Source: an uncultured Planctomycetota bacterium (lineage in GTDB: Bacteria > Planctomycetota > Planctomycetia > Isosphaerales > Isosphaeraceae). Taken from it: 64,000 nt of DNA. Positions 39,432 through 50,200 of the stretch are shown in pieces; position 1 is the stretch's first letter, and each line of letters starts with the position of its first letter. The notes under the pieces are model-generated. The model ran no database searches and was not told the DNA's origin. It worked only from the letters and a program-made list of their open reading frames with translations. A program made the translations under genes and the position numbers. The stretch spans positions 1,696,001-1,760,000 of the forward strand of contig CAWGMQ010000005.1 of NCBI GenBank assembly GCA_963823665.1. Direction: 5' to 3'.

Positions 39432-42221
39432 ATGGCGAGCGGCTCGTTCGACCAGGCACTGAAGCAAGTGCACCGGCTCTTCCATGTCGGAGCGGTCGGC
39501 GGATTGTCCGATTCTCAGCTCCTGGACCAGTTTATTCTGCGGCGCGATGAAACTTCCGAGGTAGCGTTCGAAGAGTTGGTGATTCGTCACGGTCCGATGG
39601 TTTTCCGGGTCTGCCGCGGCATACTGAGCGATTCGAACGACGCCGATGATGCATTCCAAGCCGTCTTTCTGGTTCTCGCGAGCAGGGCTTCGTCCATCCG
39701 CCGCACTGCGTCGGTAGCGAGCTGGCTCTTCGGCGTCGCACAGCGCGTGGCCACACGCGCTCGGCGCTCGGCAGCACGGCAGCACAAACTCGCTCGCGAC
39801 ATCATGGAGCGGGCCGGCGATCGTGCTCTGCCCGAGCACGATGAACGCGTCTGCCAAATCTTGCACCAGGAGATTGATCACCTGCCCGAAAGTCTGCGGG
39901 GGCCCATTGTGCTTTGCTATTTCGAAGGGCTCAGTTATGGGGCGGCCGCGCATCACCTGCGGGTTTCCGAATCGGTGATTCGCGGCCGGCTGGCCCGGGC
40001 GAGGAATCGGCTGCGCCGCCGCCTGACCAGACTGGGCGCGACTGTCCCCGCTGGTCTTCTGATCGCCGGCGCCGCCGGCACGGCGCAAGCGGCGATCCCC
40101 GTCACACTGACTCATTCCACCACGCGTATCGCGCTGGGATTCGCGGCCGGCAAGACGGCCGCCGCGCTGGCGCGGGGGACTTTGAATTCCATGATACTTA
40201 ATCAAGCGAAGGTTGCTGCCATCCTCTTGTGTCTGGCCATTGGAGGCAGCTACTGGGCCTCGCACGGCCTTGCCGTTGCGGCTGGTACACATAGTCGGCC
40301 CCAAGGCGAGAACAGCGTGATGGCGCCGGCCAGACCGCCCGAACAGGCCGTGAAATCGCAGCCGGCTCCGGCGGCGACCAAGTATCGGCTCAAAGGCTCC
40401 GTCCGCTTACATGACACGGGCGAACCGGTCAAAGGCGGTAAATTCAGCGTTCTTCTCGGCGATTCGACGAATTCGCGCGAGTACGGGATGCGAAACGTGA
40501 CCAGCGGCGACGATGGCCGTTTCGCCGTCGATCTTCCCCCCGGCCTGGCGAGAGCATGGACTTTCTTTCCTCCGGTTGGATTCTGGGCACCCGGCAACGC
40601 CACTTCACAGGAGACGTTCGTCCTCAGCGCAGACCATCCGAGCCAGATCAAGGACTATCTCGTCCGGCGCGGCGTGATCTGGACATTTCAAGTTATTCGC
40701 GGTGCCAAACACGAGCCGGTTCGCGCCGCTTCTGTCCGAGCGTCGAGCGAGAAAGAAATCTTCATGACAGAATGCGATCAAGCCGGCCGAGCGCGCCTGA
40801 CTCTCCCGCAGAATGGGCAGAAGCTCACGGTCTACGCATCGCCCCACTCGGCATCATTACAGTCTTTTCTGGTCGCGCTCGAATGGGACACGCAGTTCAG
40901 CCCGGATGCAGTCAAGGCGATGAACAATCGCGATGGACGGTTTCACCTGACCGATGACGCCGGCAAGACGGCAACAATCGTCGAATCGGATGCGGTCCAT
41001 CCCACGATCGTCGACCGGAAACTCGTCTTGCAGGTTACATTGCCAGAGGATGACGTAAAGTCATTCGGCAGCCTGACCGGCCGCGTGGTCGACGGCCAGA
41101 ACCAACCCCTCGACGGAGCCAAGGTGGCCTTGGCCTTCGGTGGTCCTTCCGGCAGTGCGATGTCAGGCGATCCTGCGCATCAGGTAACCACCAACGACCG
41201 CGGTGAGTTTGTTATCGGGTCCATCCCTCGTCAGAGCGTGGACGGGAAGCCGATGAAGGCCTTCGCCGTGGTGACCAAAGATGGCTATGCGGGGGTTGAC
41301 TCGCAATCGATCACGCTGCCACCGAACGATGGCACCAAACCGCCGGTACTTGACGCGATTCGACTTGAACCCGGCATGTCTTTGAGCGGAACTGTGGTCG
41401 ATCCCGAGGGCCGGCCGGCCGTCGGGGTTTGGGTCGAGGTGCGAGGCGCCTATGCTCTGCGCGAGCAATTCGCCCGAACTGACGACAAGGGGCATTTCCG
41501 CGTCAAGAACCTGCCGAAAGGTGTCGTCAGTCTTTACTTTGAATACGACAAGCTCTTCCAGATGGGCAAGTACTTTGCCGAAGCCGACCCGAAAGCCAAC
41601 ACGATCGAGGTCCGGCTTCGTTCCGTCGATGAAGCGTTGGCCTCGTCGAAGAACCGGCCGGCAAGGCGTGCTCCTTCCCTCGAATTCGGCAAACCGGCGC
41701 CCGACTGGAAAGTGGCTGCCTGGACCGACGGCAAGACTCGCTCGCTCGCTGATTACCGGGGCAAGGTCATCCTCCTTGATTTCTGGGGCATCTGGTGCAG
41801 CGCCTGCATTAACGGGATGCCGAGCTTGGAGCGATTGAGAGAGAAGTTCGAGCCGCGCGGCGTCGTTTTCATTTCGATCCACACGCGCGAAGAGGAGATC
41901 GGCAAGATTCGTCGTTTCCTCGAGTTCAAAAAAACGAGCATGATCTCCGCTCTCGACGCCGACGACGGTCGGCACAGCAACGAGTACAGCGGTGTAACGT
42001 CTGATCGCTACGGTGTGAAAGGCTATCCCTCGTTCTTCATCATCGACCGCCAGGGAAACCTCGCCTATCCCAGCGGCGGCACAACTGAAAGTGTTGCCGC
42101 GATGAAAGCCCTGGGCAAGGAGATGGGCTTGAGCGAATCGACCATGACCGAGGCCGATTTCCATCGATTGTGGGAGGCATATTTCAGTCGGGAGATTGAG
42201 AAGGCCCTGGATCGCCGCTGA
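39432..42221 (+). CDS. Membrane-anchored ECF sigma factor with carboxypeptidase-regulatory-like repeats and C-terminal TlpA-like redoxin
   Basis: Sigma2/4 motifs, TM, G.VVD..G.P...TD..G.F repeats, GKPAPDW, DYRGKVILLDFWGIWCSAC, YGVKGYPSFFIID. Confidence 0.9.
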   Translation: MASGSFDQALKQVHRLFHVGAVGGLSDSQLLDQFILRRDETSEVAFEELVIRHGPMVFRVCRGILSDSNDADDAFQAVFLVLASRASSIRRTASVASWLFGVAQRVATRARRSAARQHKLARDIMERAGDRALPEHDERVCQILHQEIDHLPESLRGPIVLCYFEGLSYGAAAHHLRVSESVIRGRLARARNRLRRRLTRLGATVPAGLLIAGAAGTAQAAIPVTLTHSTTRIALGFAAGKTAAALARGTLNSMILNQAKVAAILLCLAIGGSYWASHGLAVAAGTHSRPQGENSVMAPARPPEQAVKSQPAPAATKYRLKGSVRLHDTGEPVKGGKFSVLLGDSTNSREYGMRNVTSGDDGRFAVDLPPGLARAWTFFPPVGFWAPGNATSQETFVLSADHPSQIKDYLVRRGVIWTFQVIRGAKHEPVRAASVRASSEKEIFMTECDQAGRARLTLPQNGQKLTVYASPHSASLQSFLVALEWDTQFSPDAVKAMNNRDGRFHLTDDAGKTATIVESDAVHPTIVDRKLVLQVTLPEDDVKSFGSLTGRVVDGQNQPLDGAKVALAFGGPSGSAMSGDPAHQVTTNDRGEFVIGSIPRQSVDGKPMKAFAVVTKDGYAGVDSQSITLPPNDGTKPPVLDAIRLEPGMSLSGTVVDPEGRPAVGVWVEVRGAYALREQFARTDDKGHFRVKNLPKGVVSLYFEYDKLFQMGKYFAEADPKANTIEVRLRSVDEALASSKNRPARRAPSLEFGKPAPDWKVAAWTDGKTRSLADYRGKVILLDFWGIWCSACINGMPSLERLREKFEPRGVVFISIHTREEEIGKIRRFLEFKKTSMISALDADDGRHSNEYSGVTSDRYGVKGYPSFFIIDRQGNLAYPSGGTTESVAAMKALGKEMGLSESTMTEADFHRLWEAYFSREIEKALDRR

Positions 42222-42246
42222 GCCGAGCTCAGGCTGAGCCTCGGCT
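42221..42246. terminator. Hairpin directly after the sigma-redoxin stop
   Basis: AGCCGAG-CTCAG-G-CTGAG-C-CTCGGCT; no U-tract. Confidence 0.35.
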
Positions 42247-42411
42247 ATCAACGTCTCAGGTGCGAAGAGGACGGGCTCGCCGCTCACCAGGCGCCCGCAC
42301 CGCGTTGACCGGCCGAGCCCGGAGCGGGACAATGACCTTGGCGACGCGAAGCCCGGCTGCGAGTCGCCTGGGCTCTCCGGGTTCCGGCACGACAATGGAA
42401 GGCTCCCCACG

Positions 42412-43223
42412 ATGAGGATTCCGTTCCCCGGCATGGATCCCTGGCTCGAGCTCCCAACTCTTTGGCTGGACGTCCACAACAGCTTGATCACGGCGATCCG
42501 CGACGATCTGGCTTCGCGAGTCGCGCCAAAATACCACGTCGGCATCGAGCAGCATACGTACCTGAGCGTTCTGGACGCCCGGTCGTTCATCGGCCGGCCC
42601 GACATCGTCAGGGCGCGGACCAAGTCGGGAAAGCGCGGCGGGCGGGCGCCGTGTCGGCGCACTCGACTGTGACCGGCACCCATATGCTGAAGCTGGACGT
42701 CGAGGTACCGATCCAGGACCGGGTCGAAGAGTGGTATCTCGAGATCCGGATCGCCGAGACCGGCAAATTGGTCACCGTGATCGAGGTCCTCTCGCCAACG
42801 AACAAGTCCGCGGGCCCGGGTCGGAGAAAGTACCTTCGCAAGCGGACTAAGAACCTCGACTCGAGGACGAGCCTCGTCGAGATTGACCTGCTTCGCGGCG
42901 GTAAACGGATGCCGCTCAGCTCGCCGGAGACGGTGGAGGGTGACTATCGCATTCTGGTCAGCAGCGGACGGATCAGGCTGCGTGCCGAGCTTTATGTCTT
43001 CGACGTACGCCAGCCGATCCCGGCGATCCCGATCCCGCTGCTGGCTAAAGACCCTGAGCCATCGCTCGACCTTAACGCGGTGCTGCACGCCTTGTACGAG
43101 CGGGCACGGTTCGATCTGGTGCTGGACTACTCCAAGTCGCCGACGCCCCCGCTCCGCGAGAAGGACGCCGCCTGGGCGAGAGAGTTCGTCTCGGGCGCCC
43201 GAGGGACCCGGAGAGCCCCATGA
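42412..43223 (+). CDS. DUF4058 family protein, frameshifted near 42645
   Basis: PFPGMDPWLE..W.DVH, RPDI, YLEIR, VTVIEVLSPTNK, LVEIDLLRGG, IPIPL, LDY..PP.PPL. Confidence 0.88.
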
Positions 43224-43248
43224 TTCGCTCGCAATGAATACAAGGTGC

Positions 43249-45003
43249 TCAGAGCGTCTTCAAATACTCCAGTAGCCAGCTTCGTTCGTCGTCGCTCAGC
43301 TTCGCGCCGAATTCGTGACCGGCATTCGAGTTTCCCACAATCGGCGTGCCGTCTGGGTTTTGAACGTTGAATCGCGGAAAACCCGCGACGTCAGTCAGGT
43401 AGCCCACCTTCACCGGATCGAACGTCTTGACACCGATGCTAAAGGAAAGCGGGCGCTTGGCGGCGGGCTGAAGCAGAGCGTCCAGATTCGGCACCGAACC
43501 GTTGTGCAGATAGGGAGCCGTTGCCCAGATTCCGTTGAGCGGGCGCGCCTTGTATCGCGCCTCCTGCTGTACGATCGCCTGCGCAGGCGCGAGCCGCGCA
43601 CGCCCACCGCGGAAGTTCACAAGTCGCAGCTCGTCTGGTGGCGGAATCAGCAATTGTCCCAGAATCATCCCGATTACTTCGTTCGTGACCATCGAGTCAG
43701 CGTCTGCGACAGGCCCGATTTTCGGTGTGAACGGCGCGAAGTTGATGTTGACGCCGTTGAGTTTCCCGGACGGCCCCGTGCGATTGAAAAAATTAGTAAA
43801 TGCACGGGGGTCAGTACCGGCGTCGTTCATGATCGCGGTGACCTTGCGGTTGGGATCTGTGCGTGCGATCAAGGCGTGGCATTCGAGGCAGTTCGTTTTG
43901 TATAGCGCCGCTCCCTTCGCCGCCTTATCCTGGTCGATCTTGGGAAAGTCAACGGACCACTGTGGAGACCAGAGCGTCTTTACGAGATTCTCGAGAGCGA
44001 CGAGCTCGAGAAACTTGACCGACGAAGCATAGCCGATGCGCAGGATCGATCGCCGTTCGGGGATCGAAATCTCGCCGAAAACACCGAGGACTTCTCCGAC
44101 ATTGCGCGACAGACTGTCGATATCAAGCGGCCCGCCGCTTTTGGCGATACCCAACCACTGGACGAAGTCGTGCTGAGGAGTGTCCCACAAGCACGGATAA
44201 CTCACCGGCGCGTCGGCGAGCAACGCACCGACGATCGGAGAAGTCATGTCGGCCGCTCGGGTCGCATGGAAGTACGCCTGGTTCACAATGGCGCCCACGG
44301 CATCCAGCCGGGCATAGCGCGTCGGAGGGGGCTGCTGCGCCGGCCTCGGATCGTACCCCGCAAAATTGCGAAGGTTGTAACCCACGCGAGTGTTGATCAT
44401 GGTCGTGAGCTGATCCTGTAGGTCCGTCTGATTCGCGGCGTCGTTGTCCGGGCCCAGGATCTTTGCCGCGAACCGGGCAAACTTCTGCGGGTCGCTCTGC
44501 GTGCTTTGAAGGGCAACCGTAAGCGCGGCCAGAAACGCTTGCACATCGGCTTGCGCCGGTGCCCCGTCAACACGATAGCCAGTATCGCCCACTCGGATCT
44601 CCGCCGTGTGACACGCCGCACATGTCATCCCGAGCCAGGACCGGCCCAGCCCCCGCTTGCCCATGACAAACCCGACCGGAAGCCCGTCGGGGTTGAGGTT
44701 GCCGGGGTTTTGCGGAAGATACCGATACTTGAGAATGTTTTGATTATCGCGAAATGGCTTTGGTTGATCGACTTGTTCGAGCGCCAGGAACCAGTCGTAC
44801 GGGATGATCTGCGATCCCTGCTCCGTAAAATAGAATAGAAGGCTCTCCTCGGGCGACCAGTTCTGCGCAAGATAAACGACCTTGGTGACCGGCTCGCCGA
44901 GAGGATCTTGTGTTGCAACGAAGGCATCGCGGCTCGACGCCACCTGGGCAGCAGCCGGCTGCACACAACAGACAAGCAAGATAAACGCAGTAACGGGGCG
45001 CAT
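43249..45003 (-). CDS. Secreted di-heme c protein (RoxA/cytochrome c peroxidase-like)
   Basis: Signal peptide, QNWS, FY..QGS, GMTCAACH, NCLECH, YKARPLNGIWATAPYLHNGSVP, NSNAGHEFG; GAGGAG before ATG 45003. Confidence 0.88.
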   Translation of the reverse strand: MRPVTAFILLVCCVQPAAAQVASSRDAFVATQDPLGEPVTKVVYLAQNWSPEESLLFYFTEQGSQIIPYDWFLALEQVDQPKPFRDNQNILKYRYLPQNPGNLNPDGLPVGFVMGKRGLGRSWLGMTCAACHTAEIRVGDTGYRVDGAPAQADVQAFLAALTVALQSTQSDPQKFARFAAKILGPDNDAANQTDLQDQLTTMINTRVGYNLRNFAGYDPRPAQQPPPTRYARLDAVGAIVNQAYFHATRAADMTSPIVGALLADAPVSYPCLWDTPQHDFVQWLGIAKSGGPLDIDSLSRNVGEVLGVFGEISIPERRSILRIGYASSVKFLELVALENLVKTLWSPQWSVDFPKIDQDKAAKGAALYKTNCLECHALIARTDPNRKVTAIMNDAGTDPRAFTNFFNRTGPSGKLNGVNINFAPFTPKIGPVADADSMVTNEVIGMILGQLLIPPPDELRLVNFRGGRARLAPAQAIVQQEARYKARPLNGIWATAPYLHNGSVPNLDALLQPAAKRPLSFSIGVKTFDPVKVGYLTDVAGFPRFNVQNPDGTPIVGNSNAGHEFGAKLSDDERSWLLEYLKTL

Positions 45004-45074
45004 CGCGTGAACTCCTCTACAGGCAAGCCGGAACGCCGGGTTCAAGTTTGACGATCGACTGGGGCGAGAGCTTG

Positions 45075-46436
45075 TCATACTCTTCTATTCGGTTTCAAGT
45101 GCTCCGCGGCGATCGAAGCAACCATCTCTCGAATTTGGCCCGGAAAGTAGTACCGCAACAGGCTGTATTCCTTTTGAATCGTGGCGACGCTCCGCGACGC
45201 TTGACTGAGCTCTTGCCATCCCCCGGCCGGTCCCGCGACCAGAATTTGGTTCACCGGTTTCTGAGCCTCCGGGTCATAGGGCTTGTACGGCGTGTCCGAA
45301 GGGCTGTCGGCTACAAGTGCGTAAGCTGGGTCGAGCCCCGCGCTGCGGATGCTGTCGATGGCGGCCACTTTGAAGTCGGCGGCAGCTCTTGGAGGTGCGA
45401 ACGTCACGTCGACCGCTTTGTAGAGTTTCCGATTCACTAATCCCTCCCCCAGCTCTTTGAGCAGCGGGTCTTTCCCGGCCGCACAGGCCTTGAACAGCTC
45501 GGTCAGCGTATGATCGTCGAGCGCCAGATAAACGTTCAGCGGCGGTCTGGCGGAAAAAACGGCAAGCACGCTCTCCGGAGCCCCTGGCGCGATCGCCTGC
45601 ACGTCCAGTCCGGGCCCGTCGAGCTCGACCAGTTGCTTGAATCGCTTGAAAATCAATCGCAGCATCACCTCGGCTGCACGGCTCGTCTTGTGAAAGTACA
45701 CCGTGCGATACATGTGATATCGGGCGAAGACGTACCGTTCTGCCTCGGCGAGCGCCTTCGCGTTCAGATAGAACCTCCCTCGGTCGCGGTCGATGTCCAG
45801 GTGATGAACCAGCCACTTCCAGTCAAACCTCCCATAATCGGCCCCCGTGGCGTGGCTATCGCGCTGCAGGTAATCGAACCGATCGGCATCAAGCTGGCTC
45901 GCCACTATCTGAATCAAGAACGACGGAAATTCACCGCACGAGAGGCGCTCGGGCTCTCTGGTCCCATCGAAAAACGCAGCAATCTTGCGAGGAAGCTCTC
46001 CGCGAGACTGGTAGCTTGCAAGGCACTGGTGAATCTCGGTGGAAGAATCCAGGATGATCTCGAGCGTTCGCGACTCGTGTCGATCGCCGGTGACCGACTC
46101 GAATGAATGAGAGAACGGGCCGTGGCCGACGTCATGGACGAGCGCGGCGGCGAGCACAAGAGTCTCTCGGTCTTCGTCGAGCAGCTCGGGCCACACTCGC
46201 CGTATCCTCGCCAGAAACGAGCGGGCGATATGCATCACGCCGATCGAATGGGCGAACCGGCTGTGGTTGGCTCCGGGAAAAACCAGCTCGCAGACACCGA
46301 GCTGCTTGATCCGCCGCAATCGCTGAAACTCGCGGGTGTTGATCAAATCCCAGAGCAGGCGATCGCACGGATCGTCCTCGAACGGGATCAGCTCATGCAC
46401 CGGATCTCGGATGACCTTGGGCCAGGTTCCCGCCAC
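45075..46436 (-). CDS. HD-domain phosphohydrolase (SAMHD1/YwfO-like dNTPase)
   Basis: RDPVH, FQRLRRIKQLG, HSRFAHSIGV, HDVGHGPFSH, DADRFDYLQRD, MYRTVYFHK; GTG start with GGAGG. Confidence 0.9.
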   Translation of the reverse strand: MAGTWPKVIRDPVHELIPFEDDPCDRLLWDLINTREFQRLRRIKQLGVCELVFPGANHSRFAHSIGVMHIARSFLARIRRVWPELLDEDRETLVLAAALVHDVGHGPFSHSFESVTGDRHESRTLEIILDSSTEIHQCLASYQSRGELPRKIAAFFDGTREPERLSCGEFPSFLIQIVASQLDADRFDYLQRDSHATGADYGRFDWKWLVHHLDIDRDRGRFYLNAKALAEAERYVFARYHMYRTVYFHKTSRAAEVMLRLIFKRFKQLVELDGPGLDVQAIAPGAPESVLAVFSARPPLNVYLALDDHTLTELFKACAAGKDPLLKELGEGLVNRKLYKAVDVTFAPPRAAADFKVAAIDSIRSAGLDPAYALVADSPSDTPYKPYDPEAQKPVNQILVAGPAGGWQELSQASRSVATIQKEYSLLRYYFPGQIREMVASIAAEHLKPNRRV

Positions 46437-46893
46437 GGCGGCTCCCTCCGCGTTGCTCGCAAGCGCATCGGACGTCGTGCCGCATTGTCCTACGTGAAGC
46501 GTTCGTATGCAACAAACGGAGGCCGAAAAGGGAGAGAAGACCCTTTCTGATTTGTGCCGTCGATCGCCAAGATGCAACGATCAACTGAAGTACTTTAGCG
46601 ACTCGGAGTCGATCAGCACTTGACAGGGTGCCCAAGTTTCGCTGAACGCGATTCTTGGCGAGGGTTGCCAATTTGTGAAGACGGACAGTTGACGGCGCTA
46701 GGAGCCCAGCCAACTGCCAGTCAGAAATGGCGACGTCGAAATTGGTGTGCTGTGTCTGCGTCGTGATCCGGGCCAGAACTGTGTCGGCATCCCCGGTGTC
46801 GAGAATCACGAGCGCAGGGCGCGGTTTACCGGGCCCGCTTGCCGTGAACGGGAAGTCGACCAACACGATGTCACCCGGCTGATAGCTGGTCAT
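46393..46893 (-). CDS. PemK/MazF family toxin; canonical domain ends near 46567, frame continues to 46393
   Basis: GDIVLVDFPF, KPRPALVI, ARITT, GLLAPSTVRLHKLAT, LGTL. Confidence 0.88.
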   Translation of the reverse strand: MTSYQPGDIVLVDFPFTASGPGKPRPALVILDTGDADTVLARITTQTQHTNFDVAISDWQLAGLLAPSTVRLHKLATLAKNRVQRNLGTLSSADRLRVAKVLQLIVASWRSTAQIRKGLLSLFGLRLLHTNASRRTMRHDVRCACEQRGGSRRGGNLAQGHPRSGA

Positions 46894-47089
46894 AAACGGC
46901 ATCGGCGTCGGCATATCCTCGGCCAAACGCGTCGGCCGCTAAGTTCTCCCATTCTTCGTCCGCCTCGTTTTCGGGCACCAGAATCAGCACGCGGACTGCT
47001 TGTCCAACTGGGATCAATCCCATGAGGCACGCTGGAACAGCGAGAGTCTGATCGGGACTCACCTTCGATTGGAACTCGATGGCCTTCAT
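46871..47089 (-). CDS. Probable antitoxin partner of the PemK toxin
   Basis: 72 aa MKAIEFQSKV...VRVLIL...acidic tail EEWENLAADAF..GY.D.DAVYD; overlaps the toxin start by 23 nt. Confidence 0.8.
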   Translation of the reverse strand: MKAIEFQSKVSPDQTLAVPACLMGLIPVGQAVRVLILVPENEADEEWENLAADAFGRGYADADAVYDQLSAG

Positions 47090-47205
47090 TTGCAAATTCC
47101 TCCAAGACGAATTGTACACCGTCGATCTCATCGCTGTCAGAGGAAGCTGTCCGTCCGTCCGAACTGAGAACGCTTGCGTGGCAATCTGGAACACCACCAA
47201 AAATC

Positions 47206-47256
47206 CGCGGCACAAGTTTATGCGGAACATCGCCCCAGGCGACACTACACTGAAGA
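47206..47256 (+). promoter_or_regulatory. Shared ECF upstream motif, degenerate copy C
   Basis: CGCGGCA-N7-ATGCG-N19-ACTAC-a-CTGAAGA. Confidence 0.35.
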
Positions 47257-47285
47257 AACAACCCAAAAGCGGGGCGGAGGTCGAA

Positions 47286-50200
47286 ATGAGAGGCACACCG
47301 GCGGATCCGTTTTTCAGGCACGTGCGGCGGGTTTTCAACCTGGGCGCAGTCGGGACGGTGTCCGACGCGCAGTTGCTCGATTGGTTTGTCTCCTCGCGAG
47401 ACGACTCGGCGGAGGCTGCCTTCGAGGAGCTGATGATCCGGCATGGTCCCATGGTGTTCGGCATTTGCAACCGTGTGCTGCGCGACAAGCACGACGCTCA
47501 GGACGCGTTTCAGGCGGTGTTTCTGGTGCTGGCAAACCGAGCGCGATCGATCCGCCGTAGAGACTCGGTCGCAAGCTGGCTGTTCGGCGTGGCCCAACGC
47601 GTCGCTGCACGAGCGAGAAACCGAGCCGCCCGCCGCCGAGCGATTGATCAGACCGCCGCTGCACAGGCGACCGATTGTTATGCCTTGCCCGAAGAGGATT
47701 CCGATCGAGAAACCGTTCATGAAGAGCTCGATCGATTACCCGAGCGTCTCAAGGCGCCGGTAGTGCTCTGCTACCTCGAAGGTCTGAGCTACGACGCGGC
47801 GGCACACCAGCTTGAGCTTACTGAGGGGGCGCTGCGCGGCCGGCTTGCCCAGGCACGAAAGCGTCTCCGGAGCCGGCTCGCCCGGCGCGGCGTTACGGTG
47901 CCTGCCGCACTCATCGCCGCCGGTGCATCCACCCAAGCTCAGGCGGCCATTCCCGAAGCTTTGGTCCGCTCCACGATCCAGATTGCGAACGGCCTGACAT
48001 CTGGCAACGGCGTTGCACTTCTCGCGAAAGGCGTCTTGAATTCGATGTGGGTGAGCCAGCTCAAGATTGCGGCAGGCGTACTGTTGATCACCGCGGCAAC
48101 GATTCTTACAGCCGGCATCGCCTGGGCACTGGCTCCGCGCGTCGGCATACAAACTGCCGCTGGCCAGCCTGGCACAACTCCGCACAAGACCGACGACATC
48201 ATTAAGAACCGGGTGAGGAGCACGTGCGAGTTCGGGGAATCGTGGTCGACGAGGCCGGACGGCCTGTGGCGGGAATAAATGTCCAGATCGGGGCGTACAC
48301 CAATCACGCTACCCACGGCGTGACGGACGCTGACGGACGGTTTGGAATTCCAACACGCCGAGCCGAGCTGGACGGCGCGTCGTTACTCGCGCGATCCAAT
48401 TCCTCCGATCGGGCGGGATTCTTCCGGTACGGCTGGGAGTTGACCGACGAACAAGTGGCCGCGCCGGTGCGCATCGTCCTGAAGCCGACCCGCGAAATCG
48501 AGATTCGTGTCACCGACTGGAACAAGAGCCCTGTGGCCGCTGCGTCGGTTCAAGCTGCCGGTCAGTTTTGCGTCTACGCCGATGCACTTTCGCGCGATGA
48601 TGGCTTTGCATGGCTACGGATCCCGGCCGATGCCGAGATCCAGTGGATCTTCGCGCTCAAATCAGGTCGTGGCTTCGATTACGCAGAGTACGGCCTGATC
48701 GACGACGCCGGCCGCTCACAAGGCGGCATGCCCGTGCGAGATCTGCCGTCGTCGGTCTCCCTGACACTAGGGTTTCCTCGCACAGCCCGAATCAAAGCCG
48801 TCGATCGCAGCGGAAAACCGATGGCCGGCGTCGCGTTCGAGCCCTGGCTTCTTCGCAAAGAGGGCCGGCGCAGCTTTCTCAATATCTCGACTCGAATCCA
48901 GGAAGTGGCGACAGGGCCCGATGGTATCGCGACGTTTGATTGGCTTCCGGCCGACAAGGACGACGTCACCTTCTGGCCTGTTTCCGGCGGCTACGCGCAC
49001 CGTCGGGTGCAGTGGAAGCTGAGCGAGGCCACGACAGCCACCGTCGTCATGACTCGGACCGAGTTGATTCGCGGTCGCGTACTCTTTCCGGACGGCCGAC
49101 CGGCTTCTCGCATAAACATTCGGGCGTACGGAACCGGCCACGGAATGGATAACGGCCAGGGTCGCGCTCGAAGCGCGGAAGACGGTTCTTACGAGATGCC
49201 GGTCAGCCCGGGCGAAGCCTATGCGGTGTATGTCGACGATCAAGACTGGGCAGCACCATCACGACTCGACGTGGTGGTTCGTGAAGGAAAGCCATTTGAA
49301 GGCGTCGACTTCAAGCTGAACCACGGAACAGTCATCCGCGGAATTGTGACCGTCGGTCCGGGCAACCGGCCGCAATCCGATCAGTTCGTCCGGCTCGACG
49401 AAGCCGGAGATCGGGCCCCGGAAGAAATCCGCGAACCAGGTGATCGATTGTGGCGCCAGGTGCGCCGTCAATTTGGAGCCATGACCGACGCGAAGGGCCA
49501 GTACTCGATCCGCGTCGGGCCCGGCACCTACACATTGATGGGCCCGCCGCGGACAAGCGACGAGAAGATTACCGTTACCGATCAAACCGACCTCGTGCGT
49601 AATTTCCGCATGCCCCGTCCCGAGAAAGGCACCTTGACCGGACGAGTGGTCCGTGCCGGAAAGGAAGGCGCGGGCGTTGCGGGCGCAAAGATTGAGATCG
49701 TTGCCGAGAATCCAATCAGTGTACCAATCGGTGTCACAGCAGACTCCGACGGACGATTCCAGGCCGAACGACAACTCGACCCTTTGGTCATCTTCGCGTC
49801 CACGCCTGATCGAAAGCTGGGTGCAATGGTCACACTTGGCGCTGAGAACACGGAAGTTGTCATTCCGGTCGCCCCCATGGCGACCGCCACGGGCGTTCTC
49901 ATCGACGAAAAGAAGCGTCCCGTCGCGAACACACCGCTTTATTGGGGCCGGCGTGTCTACCTCGACGAAGAGCGTCAGCAGATGATGACATGCTTTGGTC
50001 CCAATGTCGTTACCGACACGGAAGGCCGATTCACGCTGCCGGCACTCGTGGTCGGGCAGGAATATGAGATCGGCATCCAACGGGACAACACTTTTCCCGA
50101 GGCCGGTGCGGTTTGCCCAAAGAGTGCAGGGCCGATTGATCTCGGCATTCTTCAGCTTGGAGCGTATCACTCGAACTCGCCCGCTGATCCAGATGCGATG

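Noticed and set aside
41163..43088. 641-aa antisense ORF spanning the sigma-redoxin and DUF4058 genes
   Set aside because: Antisense to two well-supported genes; no recognisable domain
48200..48230. Programmed frameshift separating sigma and sensor in the third ECF
   Set aside because: No slippery heptamer seen; the paralog at 39432 is one continuous ORF; a single missing A explains it
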